Shown in pieces: positions 1-12,838 of a stretch of DNA of 64,000 nt; within the stretch, counting starts at the first letter, position 1; the number at the start of each line of letters is the position of its first letter. The notes beneath the pieces are model-generated. The model did no database searches. It saw only the letters and a program-made list of their open reading frames with translations, and was not told where the DNA came from. Made by a program: the position numbers and the translations under genes. The stretch comes from Gekko japonicus (Eukaryota), in contig NW_015175971.1 of assembly GCF_001447785.1 (NCBI RefSeq), positions 1,919,778 to 1,983,777 on the forward strand, given 5' to 3'.

Positions 1-2425
1 GCTTGACTTAGATGGTCTGCCTCAGAGGTCATTTCGGGGGGGAACGTGGGGGAACGCAGTTCCCCCGGGTGAGGTGCAGGGGGCAGGGCACATGACGAAG
101 CCCCGCCCCCTGCTTCCGGCCACCCCGCTTCCGGCCCTCATTCAGCCAGGAGGAGGCAGGAGAAGAGGGAGGGTAAGTTGCTTCCTCCCCGCCTCTCCCC
201 ACCCCTGCCTGCCTGGGGCCAGGGAGGGCCTTGGTGGGGCTTCCTCGCACTCCCACTGGCCTTGCAGGTCCACCGCCGGGCCCCTGATGTTAGGGGGTGT
301 GGCATATGCTAATGAGTTATGCTAATGAGTTCCCCTAGCTCTTTTTCTACGAAATGACCCCTGGTCTGCCTGAACATTCATGTGTCCAGGGATGTGAGAG
401 GCTACGAGGAATATGTTGTTGGTGATACAAAGGTCCCACAACTGGATGGCAAGGTTGCAGAGGCGTAGGGAAACAGTGCCTCCCTGCTTGTTGACATAAG
501 AGAGCGCCGTGGTGTTGTCCGTGAGGACCGTGACACATTTTCCCCTGATAACAGGTAGGAAGCTGGTGACAGCATGCTGTATTGCTAGCAGTTCCAGGAA
601 GTTTATGTGCTGCTTCCTCTTCTGCGTGTCCCATTTCCCTCCAACAGAAAGGCCCATCGTGTGTGCACCCCATCCTGTCAGGGAAGCATCTGTCGTTAGA
701 GTGATTTGGGGTGAAGGCTGATGGAAGGGTGCCCCTTGGAAGATTGGAGGGGACAGTCCACCAAAGTAAGGACTCTCGTATGTTGATAGGAGGGGTTAGG
801 ATGGTGGTATGTGCGTTCTTCGAGGTATCGAAGTTGCGGATGAACCACAGTTGTAGGTGACACATTTTTAGTTTTGCGAAGACCAGGACCGACATAGTCG
901 CGGCCATAAGGCCGAGTAGCCTCTGTATCTGGAAGGCCGTGACCAAGGGTTGGGTACGAATGACGGTAGCACACACACAAACAAATACCTTTATTGGCAT
1001 AAAATATTAAACAGTTGCCATAGGGTAAAAGAATTACGGTAGCTAGGTGGATGATGTCTGTCACTCTGTCTTGGGGTAGGTAAGCCATACATGTCTTGGA
1101 AATCCAGTAGTGCACCGATGTATTGTATCTGCTGGGCCGGATGAAGCTGAGACTTCTGGAGATTGATTTGCAAGCCCAGATCTTCTAAGAGTACCATTGT
1201 CTCGTTGATGTTTGAGACTAGAGTGTCCTTGGATGACACCACTAGGAGCCAAGCGTCGATGTACGGGTAGATGGAGATACCCTTGAGACGGAGGAAGGCC
1301 GCCACCACAATCATAGTCTTTGTGAAGACTCTTGGGGTGCTCGAAAGGCCGAATGGTAGGGCTGCATATTGGTAATGCTGTTGACCAATTGTGAAGCGTA
1401 GGTATTGGCGGTGGGAGGGGTGGATGGTGAGGTGGAAGTACGCGTCTTGGAGGTCGAGGGTGGCCATCCAGATGTTTTTCTGGAGAAGTGGCATAATCTG
1501 CTGCAAGGACACCATGCGGAAGCAGTGGTAGGTGACATAACAGTTCAGTTCCCGTAGATCTAATATGGGTCAAACGCCTCAATCTCTCTTTGGGACTGTG
1601 AAGTATCGGCAATAAAATCCCGTCCTGTGGAGGTGTGGTGGTACCCGCTCGATGGCTCCCTTGTGCAGGAGGACGGACACCTCGTCTAGGAGAGGTGGGG
1701 AAGGAGGTGTGATGACGACGACTGGAGTGTTGGGGTTCTGGTCGAATTGAATACGGTAGCCTTGGGTTATGATGGATAGTACCCATTGGTCCGAGGTGAT
1801 GTGACGCCAGGCAGAAAGGAAGGGTGACAGACGGGTTTGAGCTGACTTGGTAGGAGGGAAGTCAAAAGCCCTGCTTGGAGGACCTTGGTTGTTTAGTGCG
1901 TGAGGGCTGTTGTCCAGTTCCGAACTTAGACTTTTGAAAGGCGGGTCTTTGACCACCGGAAGCCGTACGTGGTCTCCATTGCCTGTCCGGCGACTGACGA
2001 TTCGGGGTGCGTCTTTGCCAGGGCCTAGTCCAGGTGTGAGGGCAAAATTGTTGCCTCGTGGAAGATGACACTCCTAGAGCGCAAGAGGCCTTTATGCTCT
2101 TATCTATATCCTGGAGCATGGTATTGGTCATGCTGTTAAAGAGACCGAGGCCATCAAAAGAAAGGTCTTCGACATAGGACCTAGTATCTTGTGGAAGATT
2201 GGTATTGCGGAGCCAGGAGTGTCTCCTCAGAGTGATCGCTGAGGCCATTGTTCTGGAGGAAGCATCTAAGGCATGTTTGGAAGTATTGATCTGCTGTTTT
2301 GCAAGGACCATGCCTTCCTTTTGAATAATCCTGGCCGTTAAAAGAGCTTGTTACAATGCTGATCGATCCAGCGCGTGGCACTAGATCCCATGGGTGTGAA
2401 GCACAGAGACCACGTCGAAGATCAC
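1..2425 (-). mobile_element. Degenerate DIRS1-like (tyrosine-recombinase class) retrotransposon: partial gag, RT and RNase H; 5'-truncated, runs off the left window edge
   Basis: ORF 1862-2311 is gag-like (RRHSWLR) and overlaps the pol frame. ORF 991-1515 has RT motifs DLQDAYFH, LPFGLSSTPRVFTK and YIDAWL (decayed YxDD). ORF 322-657 has the DIRS RNase H motifs HINFLELLAI, TDNTTALSYVNKQGGT and HIPGHMNVQAD. Multiple stops and frameshifts. No recombinase ORF is inside the window. Confidence 0.9.
23..363. mobile_element. hAT-type MITE (341 bp) nested in the DIRS RNase H region
   Basis: TIRs cagaggtcatttcg (23-36) and cgaaatgacccctg (350-363) match at 13/14. Perfect 8-bp TSD gtctgcct at 15-22 and 364-371. 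Confidence 0.92.
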
Positions 2426-2861
2426 AGCTTCTCAAAACTCAAACTTATAAAAAGCTCGACAATGCTACAAAAGAGACTACTTGGTTTGGCAACTATTTCA
2501 ATTGAACATGCTGAAACATCAGCGCTTGACCTGAAGAAATTGGTGACACAATTTGCTAAAGAAAAGGCACACAAAATGAGATTCTGATGTGCCTGAAATG
2601 GAAACTTTAAAGAGACTTAAATTTCAACATCACAATTAACACGATTTTTCAAAATGCTTTGTGATTTGTGTTTTTCTGTTTGAGAGAGAAAGTTAGAGAT
2701 TGTATTACTTGTTCTCACAATTAAAAAAAATAGCAATTTCAAATGTTGTGTTTTTCATTCTTCCTAAAATGCATCTATGTTTGAAAACTGGTGGGCGCAT
2801 GGGGGTGGGGGGCGCTAGAAGGTAGCCTCGCCTAGTGTGCAAAAACCTGGCACCAGCCCTG
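2426..2861 (+). mobile_element. 3' remnant of a hAT DNA transposon: transposase C-terminal dimerisation domain plus right terminus
   Basis: Translation SFSKLKLIKS-STMLQKRLLGLATISIE...FAKEKAHK* (to 2587) resembles the hAT dimerisation motif ERSFSKLKLIK..LRSTM.Q.RL..LA..SIE. Ends in gcctcgcctagtgtgca...gcaccagccctg, a CAGGG-type TIR. Confidence 0.8.
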
Positions 2862-2869
2862 CCTACAGT

Positions 2870-3040
2870 CCAAAATTCAGATCTCCAACATCTCTGCTTA
2901 AGGATCTCAGGTAGCAGATGTTTGGAAAAGATCCTTTTCTGCCTGAGATCCTGCAGAACCGCTGTCAGGCAGAAAAGATAATACTGAACTCGATGGACTG
3001 GCTCGAGATCTCACTATGGGTACTGCAAGCCTTGTATGTC
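2870..3040 (+). mobile_element. Old SINE fragment with CR1-like tail (Squam2-like)
   Basis: tctcaggtagcagatgtttggaaaagatccttttctgcctgagatcctg...ataatactgaactcgatggac is similar to the copies at about 13450 and 22400. Confidence 0.5.
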
Positions 3041-6000
3041 AAAATTTGCTCCTGATCATCTGGAATTGCTCAGACCATCATGCTTTGTGTGAAGGATGGT
3101 GGCACAGAAACCACTAAAATACAGTAACAGTACGTTCAACAGATCAGTTCCATACTTTATATTATATGTTTGCCCAACAAACCCCTTGTATGTGCCACCT
3201 CTAACCATTTTTTCTACTATCTAGCTCCCTGATTAGCATTTTTAACAGGGGGTGCATTTTAAAGGTGAAGAAAGATTAAAGCACTAGCTGTGCATGCATG
3301 GATGATTCACAAGGTTCTTTTACTCCCCTCCTCTATGGCATGAGCAGAGTTTCTCCCCTTAAGGTGCCTCTATCTGCCTCTGCATTCTCAGCTGCCTGGG
3401 TCTTTCCTCACATCTAGGTGAAACCTAGAAAAAGCATTTCATACTTGGGAGGAAGGGGTTGAACAGTCCTTTGCCTATGTCTCAAATAATGTGTGGGAGG
3501 GAGATGTGGGGGGGGGCTTATATTGGGGCCAAGATAAGGAGGTTCCCGGGACAAAATTGAGACCCCCTATCAATGTATTCTGTACACTTCCCCCAGTCCT
3601 CTGCCTTTTCTTCTGGGACAAAAGTTAACACATCTACCTGCCTTGTCTTCACAAGGAGCTCGTGCCTGAACTGTGCAGCCGAAAGTGCACATCTTCCCCC
3701 TCTCCACCTGTCTACCCTCCATTGTTTCCACCTGTAGCAACCTTCAGAAAACCTGCAGCCAATCAAGGTGGAGAAGCAGTCCCATTTGCCCCTCAGTTGC
3801 GGAGACAGGCACAGTTCTCGAGACAAACTAGTATGAGACAGTTTGCTGCAAGGCATGGAAAAAATTATCATATTTCTGTACAGCAGACACTGCTGGGTGT
3901 CAGGATCAACAGGGGAAAACTTCCATGTTTCACATCAGCTCTGTCTCTTGCTCTCCCAGCAGCATTCTCCTCCCGCCCCCCTGCTAGTTTCCTGGGGTTT
4001 GGACGGATGGATCTGACATTTCAGTTGAAACCTTTGCAAATGGAGCTACAGGGCTTGAACGCTGGGCCCCTTCCAAATGCTTACATTTATTACAGTCAGA
4101 AGCTACAAGGCCAGAGAAATGGCTGCCCACAATGCTTGGAATTTATTCCCGCTCCCATTCTGTCTAGTACCATGCTGCAACAGTGGGTATTTGCACAATG
4201 CATTCATTTAAAGAAGGGCTGTTGTTTTTTTTCCATTTTGCATGTCTTATAGTTAAAACAAGAGATCTCAAGAAATTTGTGCTTAAACAGCTGATATTTT
4301 GGGCTCAGGAGCAATGACAGCAATCCTTTTGCATTTGAGGGGAAATTTTTGACTGAGTTCCTCGGATGGCTAAGCCAAAGAGTGTGCCCAAGAAAAAGGG
4401 AAAGTCAGAAGCCAAAATTGCATGCCCAGGAAAGCCACATTTGCCACAAACAGAATTAAACAAATTGTGGAAATGACCACTTAGTTATTTCAACCTAACA
4501 AGTAAACAATTCTCAGATGGTTCACCATGAATGCAAAACTTGCACAGCAGCAGCAGACTTGGTTTCAATTCACTCAACATGGTCCAAAGGGAGCCTCGGT
4601 TGAAAAAGTTTCTTTGGGGGATGGGTATGGGGGCAGGAGAGAGGCCACATTGCCCAGGTGTGTGTGTGCAGATCCCACTACAGCCTCCAGGGTTTTTTGT
4701 GATAGCGCTTCAAAAGTCTGCAAAAGCAACAGCAAGGCAAAGGAACGCCTGCCTACACCAGGGGAAACAATGCACCTGTTGTACCATAATCCACCTCTTT
4801 AAAAAAACAACCCATTTTCAGTGACAGTTGTGCTGCCCCTATTACAAAATAGTATGGAAGCAAACCTTTGAAAGAGGAGAAGGAATGGGACAACACAGCA
4901 GGTCCCTCCTCCGCTCTAGTAACTGACCACTGGTCATGCCAGCTAGAGACCCAGAAACACTATACACATGGCACAGAGATATTGCTCATCTTTAATAACC
5001 AGCTCTATGATTCATTAGATGGTCTTCTGAAGCCTAAAATAATAAATTCCTGAAAAAGTAAGTTCCCAGTCCTCAGGATTGTTTTAAAAAGCGTGATAAT
5101 GTGGTTTTAATTAAGACATACAAACATACATGTCCCAAGAGAAAGAGCGTACAGCAATCCAAATGCTTCTGCTGAATTATAGCCAAACCAACTGAACTTG
5201 TTCATTGCCATCATAAACAAACCAACATTTCTGATGTGTTAATTTTTCAAAACCCCAGTACTGCTACTCAAAGTGCCTAAAAAGACATTTTGTTTTGGCT
5301 GCCAGAAAACCAAAGCAGGCAAAGAAAAATACGACAATTTAAAACATCAAACACTTGGATTGCAATTGATTCCCCCCTCCCCAGCCCCCCTGCAGAAATG
5401 TCATATGTGGGTTTGCAGGGAGGAGGGAAGAACAGTTTTTACAATATAAAAGAATTTCAAAATGGCAACACAATGCTTTCTAAAATGCTCCCCCCCCCAA
5501 TGCCAAATTCATTTCACTGTGACATTTTCCCACTAGCCCTTGTAACCAACACACAGGAACAAGTAGGAGCCTCCAAAAGTGGCATTTTCTCATTCTGGTG
5601 ATTAATATGAAACCACTCGACATTCCAGCCTGGTTTTATCTTACAGTACTGTAACAAGGCTACTGAGACAGGCAAAGCCTCCCTAGTCTGAGTGCCCCTG
5701 CAACAACTGCAGCCTCTGATTAGCCCTCCTTTAGCAAATTGGATTTTGTGGTTTCTCTTCAATTTCATTCCCACTGACACACTCATAGGACAGAGTGCCA
5801 GAGTGGAGTCAAGAAAGCTGGGCCTTCTCTTTCAACTTTAGTTCAGAAAACCAACCACAAGCTGTGTGGGTTCACTGAGCTGATAAGGTTCAAGCACTGG
5901 TAGCTTTATTAGGACACCTCAGGGAGAAAAAGATGACGATGCTTGTGGTGTGTCAAAACACCAGGCTCTCCGGTCTTGTCTCTCTGCAGCTGTACAAAGA

Positions 6001-6485
6001 TGGGTGCTCAAGGAACACTGGGATACTGGAAGAATTCTCTAAGAGCCGCACGCAAAAGGGCTCCAAGATAGACACATGGAATGGAGGGATATATTTTATT
6101 TTAAAAAAGCATGACAATATAGTTTATGGTTTTGTGTGGATAGGTCACAGGGAGAAGGGAAGCTGTCACTGGAATTAATCAAATTGTACTCTCCCTTTTA
6201 AAAAACTAGCTAAGAAGTTAAAGCATACTTGGAGAATTATTGGGGGCTGAGGCAGAACTGACAGTCCTGTCCTGCTAGAGGTCTCTAGAGGTTTTCAATA
6301 CCATAGGACCAAAATCCCATATCAAAGGAAGCTATCAACATCGTCAATAAAGGATTTTTCGAAGTATGTCACGGTAGCTGGGAGCTAAGCACTACAAAGC
6401 ATTTATGTAGCACTTGAGCATGTTCAAAACACTTCACATATATTGCCTCTGTAATCCTTCCTACCACTCTATAAAGATATGGAGA

Positions 6486-6486
<1 letters not shown>

Positions 6487-6526
<40 letters not shown>
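6487..6526. repeat. (TAT)n microsatellite inside an old MIR-like SINE remnant (about 6390-6650)
   Basis: About 13 perfect tat units seen directly. Confidence 0.9.
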
Positions 6527-6527
<1 letters not shown>

Positions 6528-7218
6528 GTGTCAGATGGGGGCAGTGCAGCAGAGACTGAGTGAGGTTTGAGTTTGGTTCATGTAACTGCAAGGGAAGAAT
6601 AGAACCAAGGACTTCCTTGTTCATAGCTCAGTATTTTATACTACACTAGCTCTTTAACTGATAGCTCCTATAACATGTGTTAGTTACTAATACCACACCA
6701 GAACCTAGTCAGACCTGCTACTAGCAGCTACTCTGTAGAGGTGGAAAACCAGATCGCAGACAGGCCTTAAAATTGATTGGCGGACTCATGAACCTAATAA
6801 CCACATTTGCCACTTCTCTTCCTGTTTCTTTAGTCTTGCTCTGAGTTAGCTGTGTTGGAGGGGGAAGATATTCTATTGACATGTAGTTGGACTTTTGGCA
6901 AACTTTTGATTTTGATTTTATTATTTGCACTCTGGTTATTCTTGTGATCTGAAGCATGGGTTGTTCCGATAGTCCATCCCCCCCCCCCATTATTTTACGA
7001 GATGCTGCCATTTTAACTTTGATGTTACTGCAAGCTTCTGAGGGGATTTTACTGAAAAGACGGTTCTACATTTTAAAACAAACCAGCCATCTGATGTCTG
7101 ATTGGACAACATTTACTTGGAAGTAGGTTTTTGACTCTGATTTAGAGGGAAAGCATTAAACCCAGTTTGCTAGCTTGGACATCATGGTAAACTATAGCCG
7201 GTGCTAAAATGGACACTG

Positions 7219-7456
7219 AAAGAAGAGAAGAAGAGATTGGATTTATACTCCACCCTTCACTTGGAGTCTCAGAGTAGCTTACAAACTCCTTTCCCTTCCC
7301 CTCCCCACAACAGACACCCTGTGAGGTAGCAGGGGCTGAGAGAGCTCTGACAGAACTATGGCTTGCCCAAGATCATCCAGCAGCTGCCAGTGGAGGAGTG
7401 GGGAATCAAACCCGGTTCTCCCAGATTAGAGTCCGCGCACTTAACCACTACACCAA
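7219..7456 (-). mobile_element. tRNA-derived SINE with L2-like tail (Squam3-like)
   Basis: Minus strand reads tggtgtagtggttaag (A box)...gggtttgattcc (B box)...tgtaagctactctgagactc...gtataaat followed by a (ctt)n tail. Near-identical copies at 18459, 52170 and 58261. Confidence 0.85.
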
Positions 7457-7850
7457 GGGAAACATATATGAGTGCACTGAGCCATCATCCCTATGACATT
7501 TTGTTGAGGAAGCACAGCCTACAACTTGGAATTCTCTTACTCCTCTCCAGTTACCAAACCCCACTTGGTCCTATTTTCAGCTCACTCCTCAAACTTCAGA
7601 GACTAAACTATCAGCAAGTTGGACACAAATTCACTGAGAGGACTTGGGCAAGCTATTTATTCTCAGCTCCCTACCTGTAATGTAATCAGAGAGGCCTACT
7701 TTTCAGGCCTATTCTCAGGATTTTGGCAATGATCTATGTGAAGGTGAGAGGACCTGAAAAGTGTTCCATAAAAAAATAAAACAATATTATTTCTGCCTGT
7801 TGGCCCAGGATCCTGACAAGGCCCTGCACTGCTACTCCTTCCTGGTTTTA

Positions 7851-8261
<411 letters not shown>

Positions 8262-8659
8262 TTAATCTAGCCTGCATCCCATTAGCCTACCCCATCCTTC
8301 TCTGAGCCTCTGAAACAGTTACTGCTGGAAGCCATTTCAACACAAATTTGTGCAGGCTCACTGTCGCGGATGTTGTCACACAAGGAGGCGAATGTACTAT
8401 ATATGTTGTGAACACTCAGCACTAAAAGAAATAATAATGATGCTGTATCAGAACAGCCAGAATGTCTGCATCAAGAGAAAGAAGACTGTAGTTCCAAGGC
8501 TTGGTTGGAGGCCACACACAACAGCAGCCTTGCTGAAGCTAAGTGGGCCTCGGTCTGTCTAGTAGACCTCCTGGGAACCCTATGTATGAAACCTTAATTC
8601 CATGATGAAAGAAAGGCAGGATACCACAGCAATTAAAAACCATTTTAAAAAGAAACATT

Positions 8660-8705
8660 CTGTGACATGAATCAATTATGCAAATTCAACTTATTTGCAT
8701 ATCGT
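8660..8705. promoter_or_regulatory. Candidate POU element: two inverted perfect octamers
   Basis: ATGCAAAT at 8678-8685 and ATTTGCAT at 8693-8700, preceded by TGACA and ATCAAT. Confidence 0.4.
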
Positions 8706-9600
8706 GCACTGCTTCTGCTGGTAACAACTTCTGTGACTCAAATTATTTACTCACATTATGGTATATTTAGAGAAATCTAGGCTACTTACTGTTCTCGATA
8801 TAAATAAATATATGGACTAAAAACAGCACTAAAGCCAGTACCATATAAAAGTAGCAGCAGCATGATTAAAGTACAAAGACTTGTAAATTCAGGTTGGAAG
8901 GCTCTTAAAAAACACCAAAAGCCCAAGAGAACAGGAAGACCTTCACCTGGTACCACAATGTTAACCAAGATGGCACCAGGTGAACATATCTAGAGAGAGA
9001 GACCTAAAACCTGGGTAACACTCTAGAGAAGCTTGCTTATGTACATGGAAAATGGCCTCACTGATCTCTTTCCTATTATGCATATTATGAAAATGTGCAT
9101 TTATTTGCTTTTCTGTGTGGCTTCCACCAGTGAACTGTGCAAAGCACCAACATCTTTGGCCTGAGATTTCACCAGGTACTGACATTTTTATCACCATCAG
9201 CTAAGGCATTAGGGCCAGAAATTTCCTTTTCAACACACACTAACAGCAGTTTCTTTGGACTCCAAATTCTGCATACTGCACTAATTTTGTGCTAGTACAT
9301 GCAGAACTCAAGACATGCTCAAACGATATGAATTTTTAAACAATGTTTCTATGTGTTGCTGTATGGTTTTTCTCTGGCTGATTTCATTTGGGGGGGGGGG
9401 GTTTCTGCAGGTTAACATCCAATGTTCCCATTCTAGATGAAATTGTGACACAGAGACGACAGGCAAGCAAACACCAGTTGCTGCTTTCTAGTTATTTGCT
9501 TCTTGCTCACCTGCCTGGACAAAAATTCAGCAGCCACTCTTTCATTGCCTGTCCTCTCAGCAGCTGTTACTGCTCAATCAAGCAGGTGTCTGAATGGTAG

Positions 9601-10319
9601 CAGGGCCGGCTCCATCACTAGGCCAGCTAGTCTCTGGCCTAGGGCAGGCAGAGCTCTGAACAGGGCGCCAACTGCCCTACCGCACTCACCCCCGCCAAAA
9701 GCCCCAACCGTCCCTGCCCAAAGCCGCTGATTCGCCGCCCTCTGAGTCAGCCAGCGTGATTCCCTTCCCTCAGGAAAGGTAAGTTCATGAGCTGGGGGGG
9801 ATGGTCGAGACGGCGGCACCCATGCAATTGATTCTGAGGGGGGGAGGGCAGCGGGGGGCACCCCAAAGCCAGCGGCAGGCAGCCTGGCCCGCCTCTCCCA
9901 TCTGCACTGGGGCCCTCGCCAGCGGGGCTCTCCTGGGCCGCCCGCCCCTCACTTGGCTGAGAGGAAGGCCCTGGCGCGCGTGCCCCCGCAGACTTGCGCC
10001 CTCATGGGCAGACCTAGGAGACAGCCGGGGGAGAAGGGCTTGCACGACTGCTGCAGCTACGTGAGCTTTCATTGCAGGGGGGAGGAGTGAGGGGGCACTT
10101 TTCTCACTCCACCAGCGGCCCCGCGAGGAAGGCGGGGGAGCGGCGGCGGAGGAACCAAGGCGGAAGCTGCCTGGCTGGGCCCAACCCGGGCAAGGGCGAG
10201 GCTAGCTTGTGGCGCCTGGCGCCCCCCCTCCCCGATGTGTTTCTGGGAGATTTCCAGGCCCCACCGGGAGGTTGGCATCGCCTGGGGGGCGCCACAAGCT
10301 GGCCTCGCCTAGGGTGCAG
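9601..10319 (+). mobile_element. GC-rich non-autonomous hAT element; right TIR deleted
   Basis: Starts cagggccggctcc. Subterminal gcctcgcctagggtgca is shared with the hAT end at 2825-2841. Flanked by the direct repeat aatggtag (9593-9600 and 10320-10327). Confidence 0.8.
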
Positions 10320-12769
10320 AATGGTAGACAGCAGCAGGGAGCCACCATCACTGCCTGCCCTCTGACAACCTGGCAGAGAAGGACAGGAGGAACAGGAGAG
10401 GAGTCTGCCAAGCAAGAGGTGAGGATAATACGCCCACTTGTTTGGAGGAAGGAAAACAACGTCACCACCTGGAGAGGTTTGGTTGCAATTGTTGCTACTG
10501 AACACTAGGAGGCTCTCCCTATGCTAGGGCTTGAGACCCTGCAGGCACCACCTTGCCAGGGTCCCCAGAAATGTCATTGTGGTGCCTAATATCTTCAGCA
10601 ACCATTTTACTGTAGCATCTCTCAACTGTTCTCAGTGGAAGTTAAAAAGCTTATTCATAATTCTGCATCAGAACATTTTCTATATGACAAAAATAAATGT
10701 GCATGAAATTCCTATCCTAGTATTTGTTACATTTATATGTAAACTGAACTTTGCATAATCCACTGGTGGTAGATGACTTAATTTCTTAACCAGTTGCCTC
10801 CTCTGATAGCTCCAATATTCAATTAAATGGAAGTTTTTAAAGCAGTGATGGAATTTTGAGAAACTGGGGAGAAGTTAGGCTGTGGTTATTAACCATGTTT
10901 ATTTATATACGGCAATTTTGTCATAGTTTTATCAAATTACAAGAAGCTCTGAAGAGGTGAGGTTCTACTGTGGTCACTAAATATGGTGATTAAAATATGA
11001 AACCTTGAATAATAAAAATGAGTCCAGCTCCTAAATTCTTAGGCTGACTCCTAGAGCCAAAGAAAATCTGTCAAGACCTGCCCAAGGCTGTAGGACCATG
11101 GCAGATCCCCAACCGTATCTATCCCTGACTGGGTCAGATGCCTAGAAGAGGTCTGAAGGAAGCCCCAAGTGACAAAAGGCCAGGACTTGAACCTACCGCA
11201 TCTAAATAGCCCTAATAGCAGCTACCACGCCCAAGAACAGATGCAGCCGGTAGGTCATAGATCTGAATTTGACACAAGCCCCAGCAATTGCTTTATGATG
11301 CCTGGCTCTGTGGTGCAGAAAAGCTACATTTCACATTCCTCCCAGAATCACTTGTTTAAACCACCCAGCAAGTGTAATTGCCATTTCAGCACTAACTACA
11401 TGTTCAAAACTGCCGGCATTGTTACCAGCAGCTGGCAGGGAAACATCAGCATTATATATTTAAAAAAATCTTCCTCTGAACAGAGGATTCCAAAATGCTG
11501 CCTAGTCACCAGTCTCAACTGACTAGTATAGATCAAGGCTGACAATTTGTAGGTTTAATCAGGTCAGACGGGCTCACTGCCAAGACGCACTCAACACTGC
11601 CGAAAAACAAAGTTGAGAAATANNNNNNNNNNNNNNNNNNNNNNNNNNNNNNNNNNNNNNNNNNNNNNNNNNNNNNNNAAGATGTAACGCGACCCCCAAA
11701 ACTATCCCAGTCCAATTAACCTCTTCAAATCTGCTTTAAAAGCAGGTATCCCTGACAGATTGTCTCTGGGGGAAGAGCTGGCACCTACTGTGTTTGCATC
11801 CAGACACTACCTTCTGTGGTGCTCATGTTTTTGTTTATACACACCGGCACCAGCTCTGCGTCAAGTGCAGCTGACATGACAGTAACATCCATAAACTGCC
11901 AAGTATTCAACTCAGAAGCGGCAACGTTATTTGCCTCACTCGCCTGAATCTAGCCCAAATTCCTCAGGGAAAGGGGGGAGGAGAATTATTTCCGGCTTTT
12001 TCGCCCTGCACATCTGCATAAACATCAGTTAGTCCCTTGTCATATAAAAAGCACGAGAAAAACACAAACATGCGCACACACAATGAAATCTACCAGCTTC
12101 ATGACAAGCAATAATTTCATGCAATATGGTTACTTCTACTGAAATGTCTCATTGCCACTTACAAGCACTTAACTCCATCACCAATACATGTGCAAAGTTG
12201 GAAGGCAAAGACTACAACTCAAGGCATCTGCATGTGTTTAAGCTGCATGGATATCAATGGGGCACAAGCCACAACTGCAGTCACAACATCTTGCAGCCAA
12301 GAGAACACAACAAAGTAAAGCAGAACTGGGATTCCAAAAAGGAGTATTAAAGGAAGGGGCTGAGAGCCTGACTTTTCCCAATTTGGTTGCTACTGTTACA
12401 AATTAATAAAATTATCATTGAATAGCACTTTCAGAATTCAAAGCACTTCCCAAACACCATCTTTTGCCATAAAAATAAACCAGTAAGATACGTCAGTATT
12501 ATTAACCCCATATTGCAGATAGGAAGACTGAACTGAGAGTGTTGCTTACTCAAGGTCACCTGATGAATGTGTGCTGGGGCAAGATTCAATCCAGAGATGC
12601 CCTGACTCAAAACCTGACCTCATAGTCACTACAATATATAAGCCTTCTTTTAGTATGAAAAGGTTGATTACAGGGGGTAACTGATTCTTGATAGCAAGTG
12701 GGCCCTCCACAGTTGTAAATGATGCTCCCAACTTCATGTATCCCCCCCCCATTAAGATAGTTTCAGAGG

Positions 12770-12838
12770 GTAAGCTTGAAAGCTCGTACCCTGAGAATCT
12801 TGTTGGTCTCTAAGGTGCTACTGGACTCATATCTAGCC
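12770..12838 (+). mobile_element. Penelope-like element terminal fragment
   Basis: gaaagctcgtaccctgagaatcttgttggtctctaaggtgctactggactc is homologous to the reverse complement of 31025-31080. Confidence 0.55.

Noticed and set aside
3518-5786. Several 90-196 aa ORFs as possible additional PBX3 exons
   Set aside because: No PBX homology; the expected next exon (ACNEFTTHV...) was not found, so it presumably lies left of the window.
9503-10508. Cluster of Pro/Gly/Arg-rich ORFs and an apparent CpG-island promoter
   Set aside because: Explained by the GC-rich hAT element bounded by a TIR and TSD.
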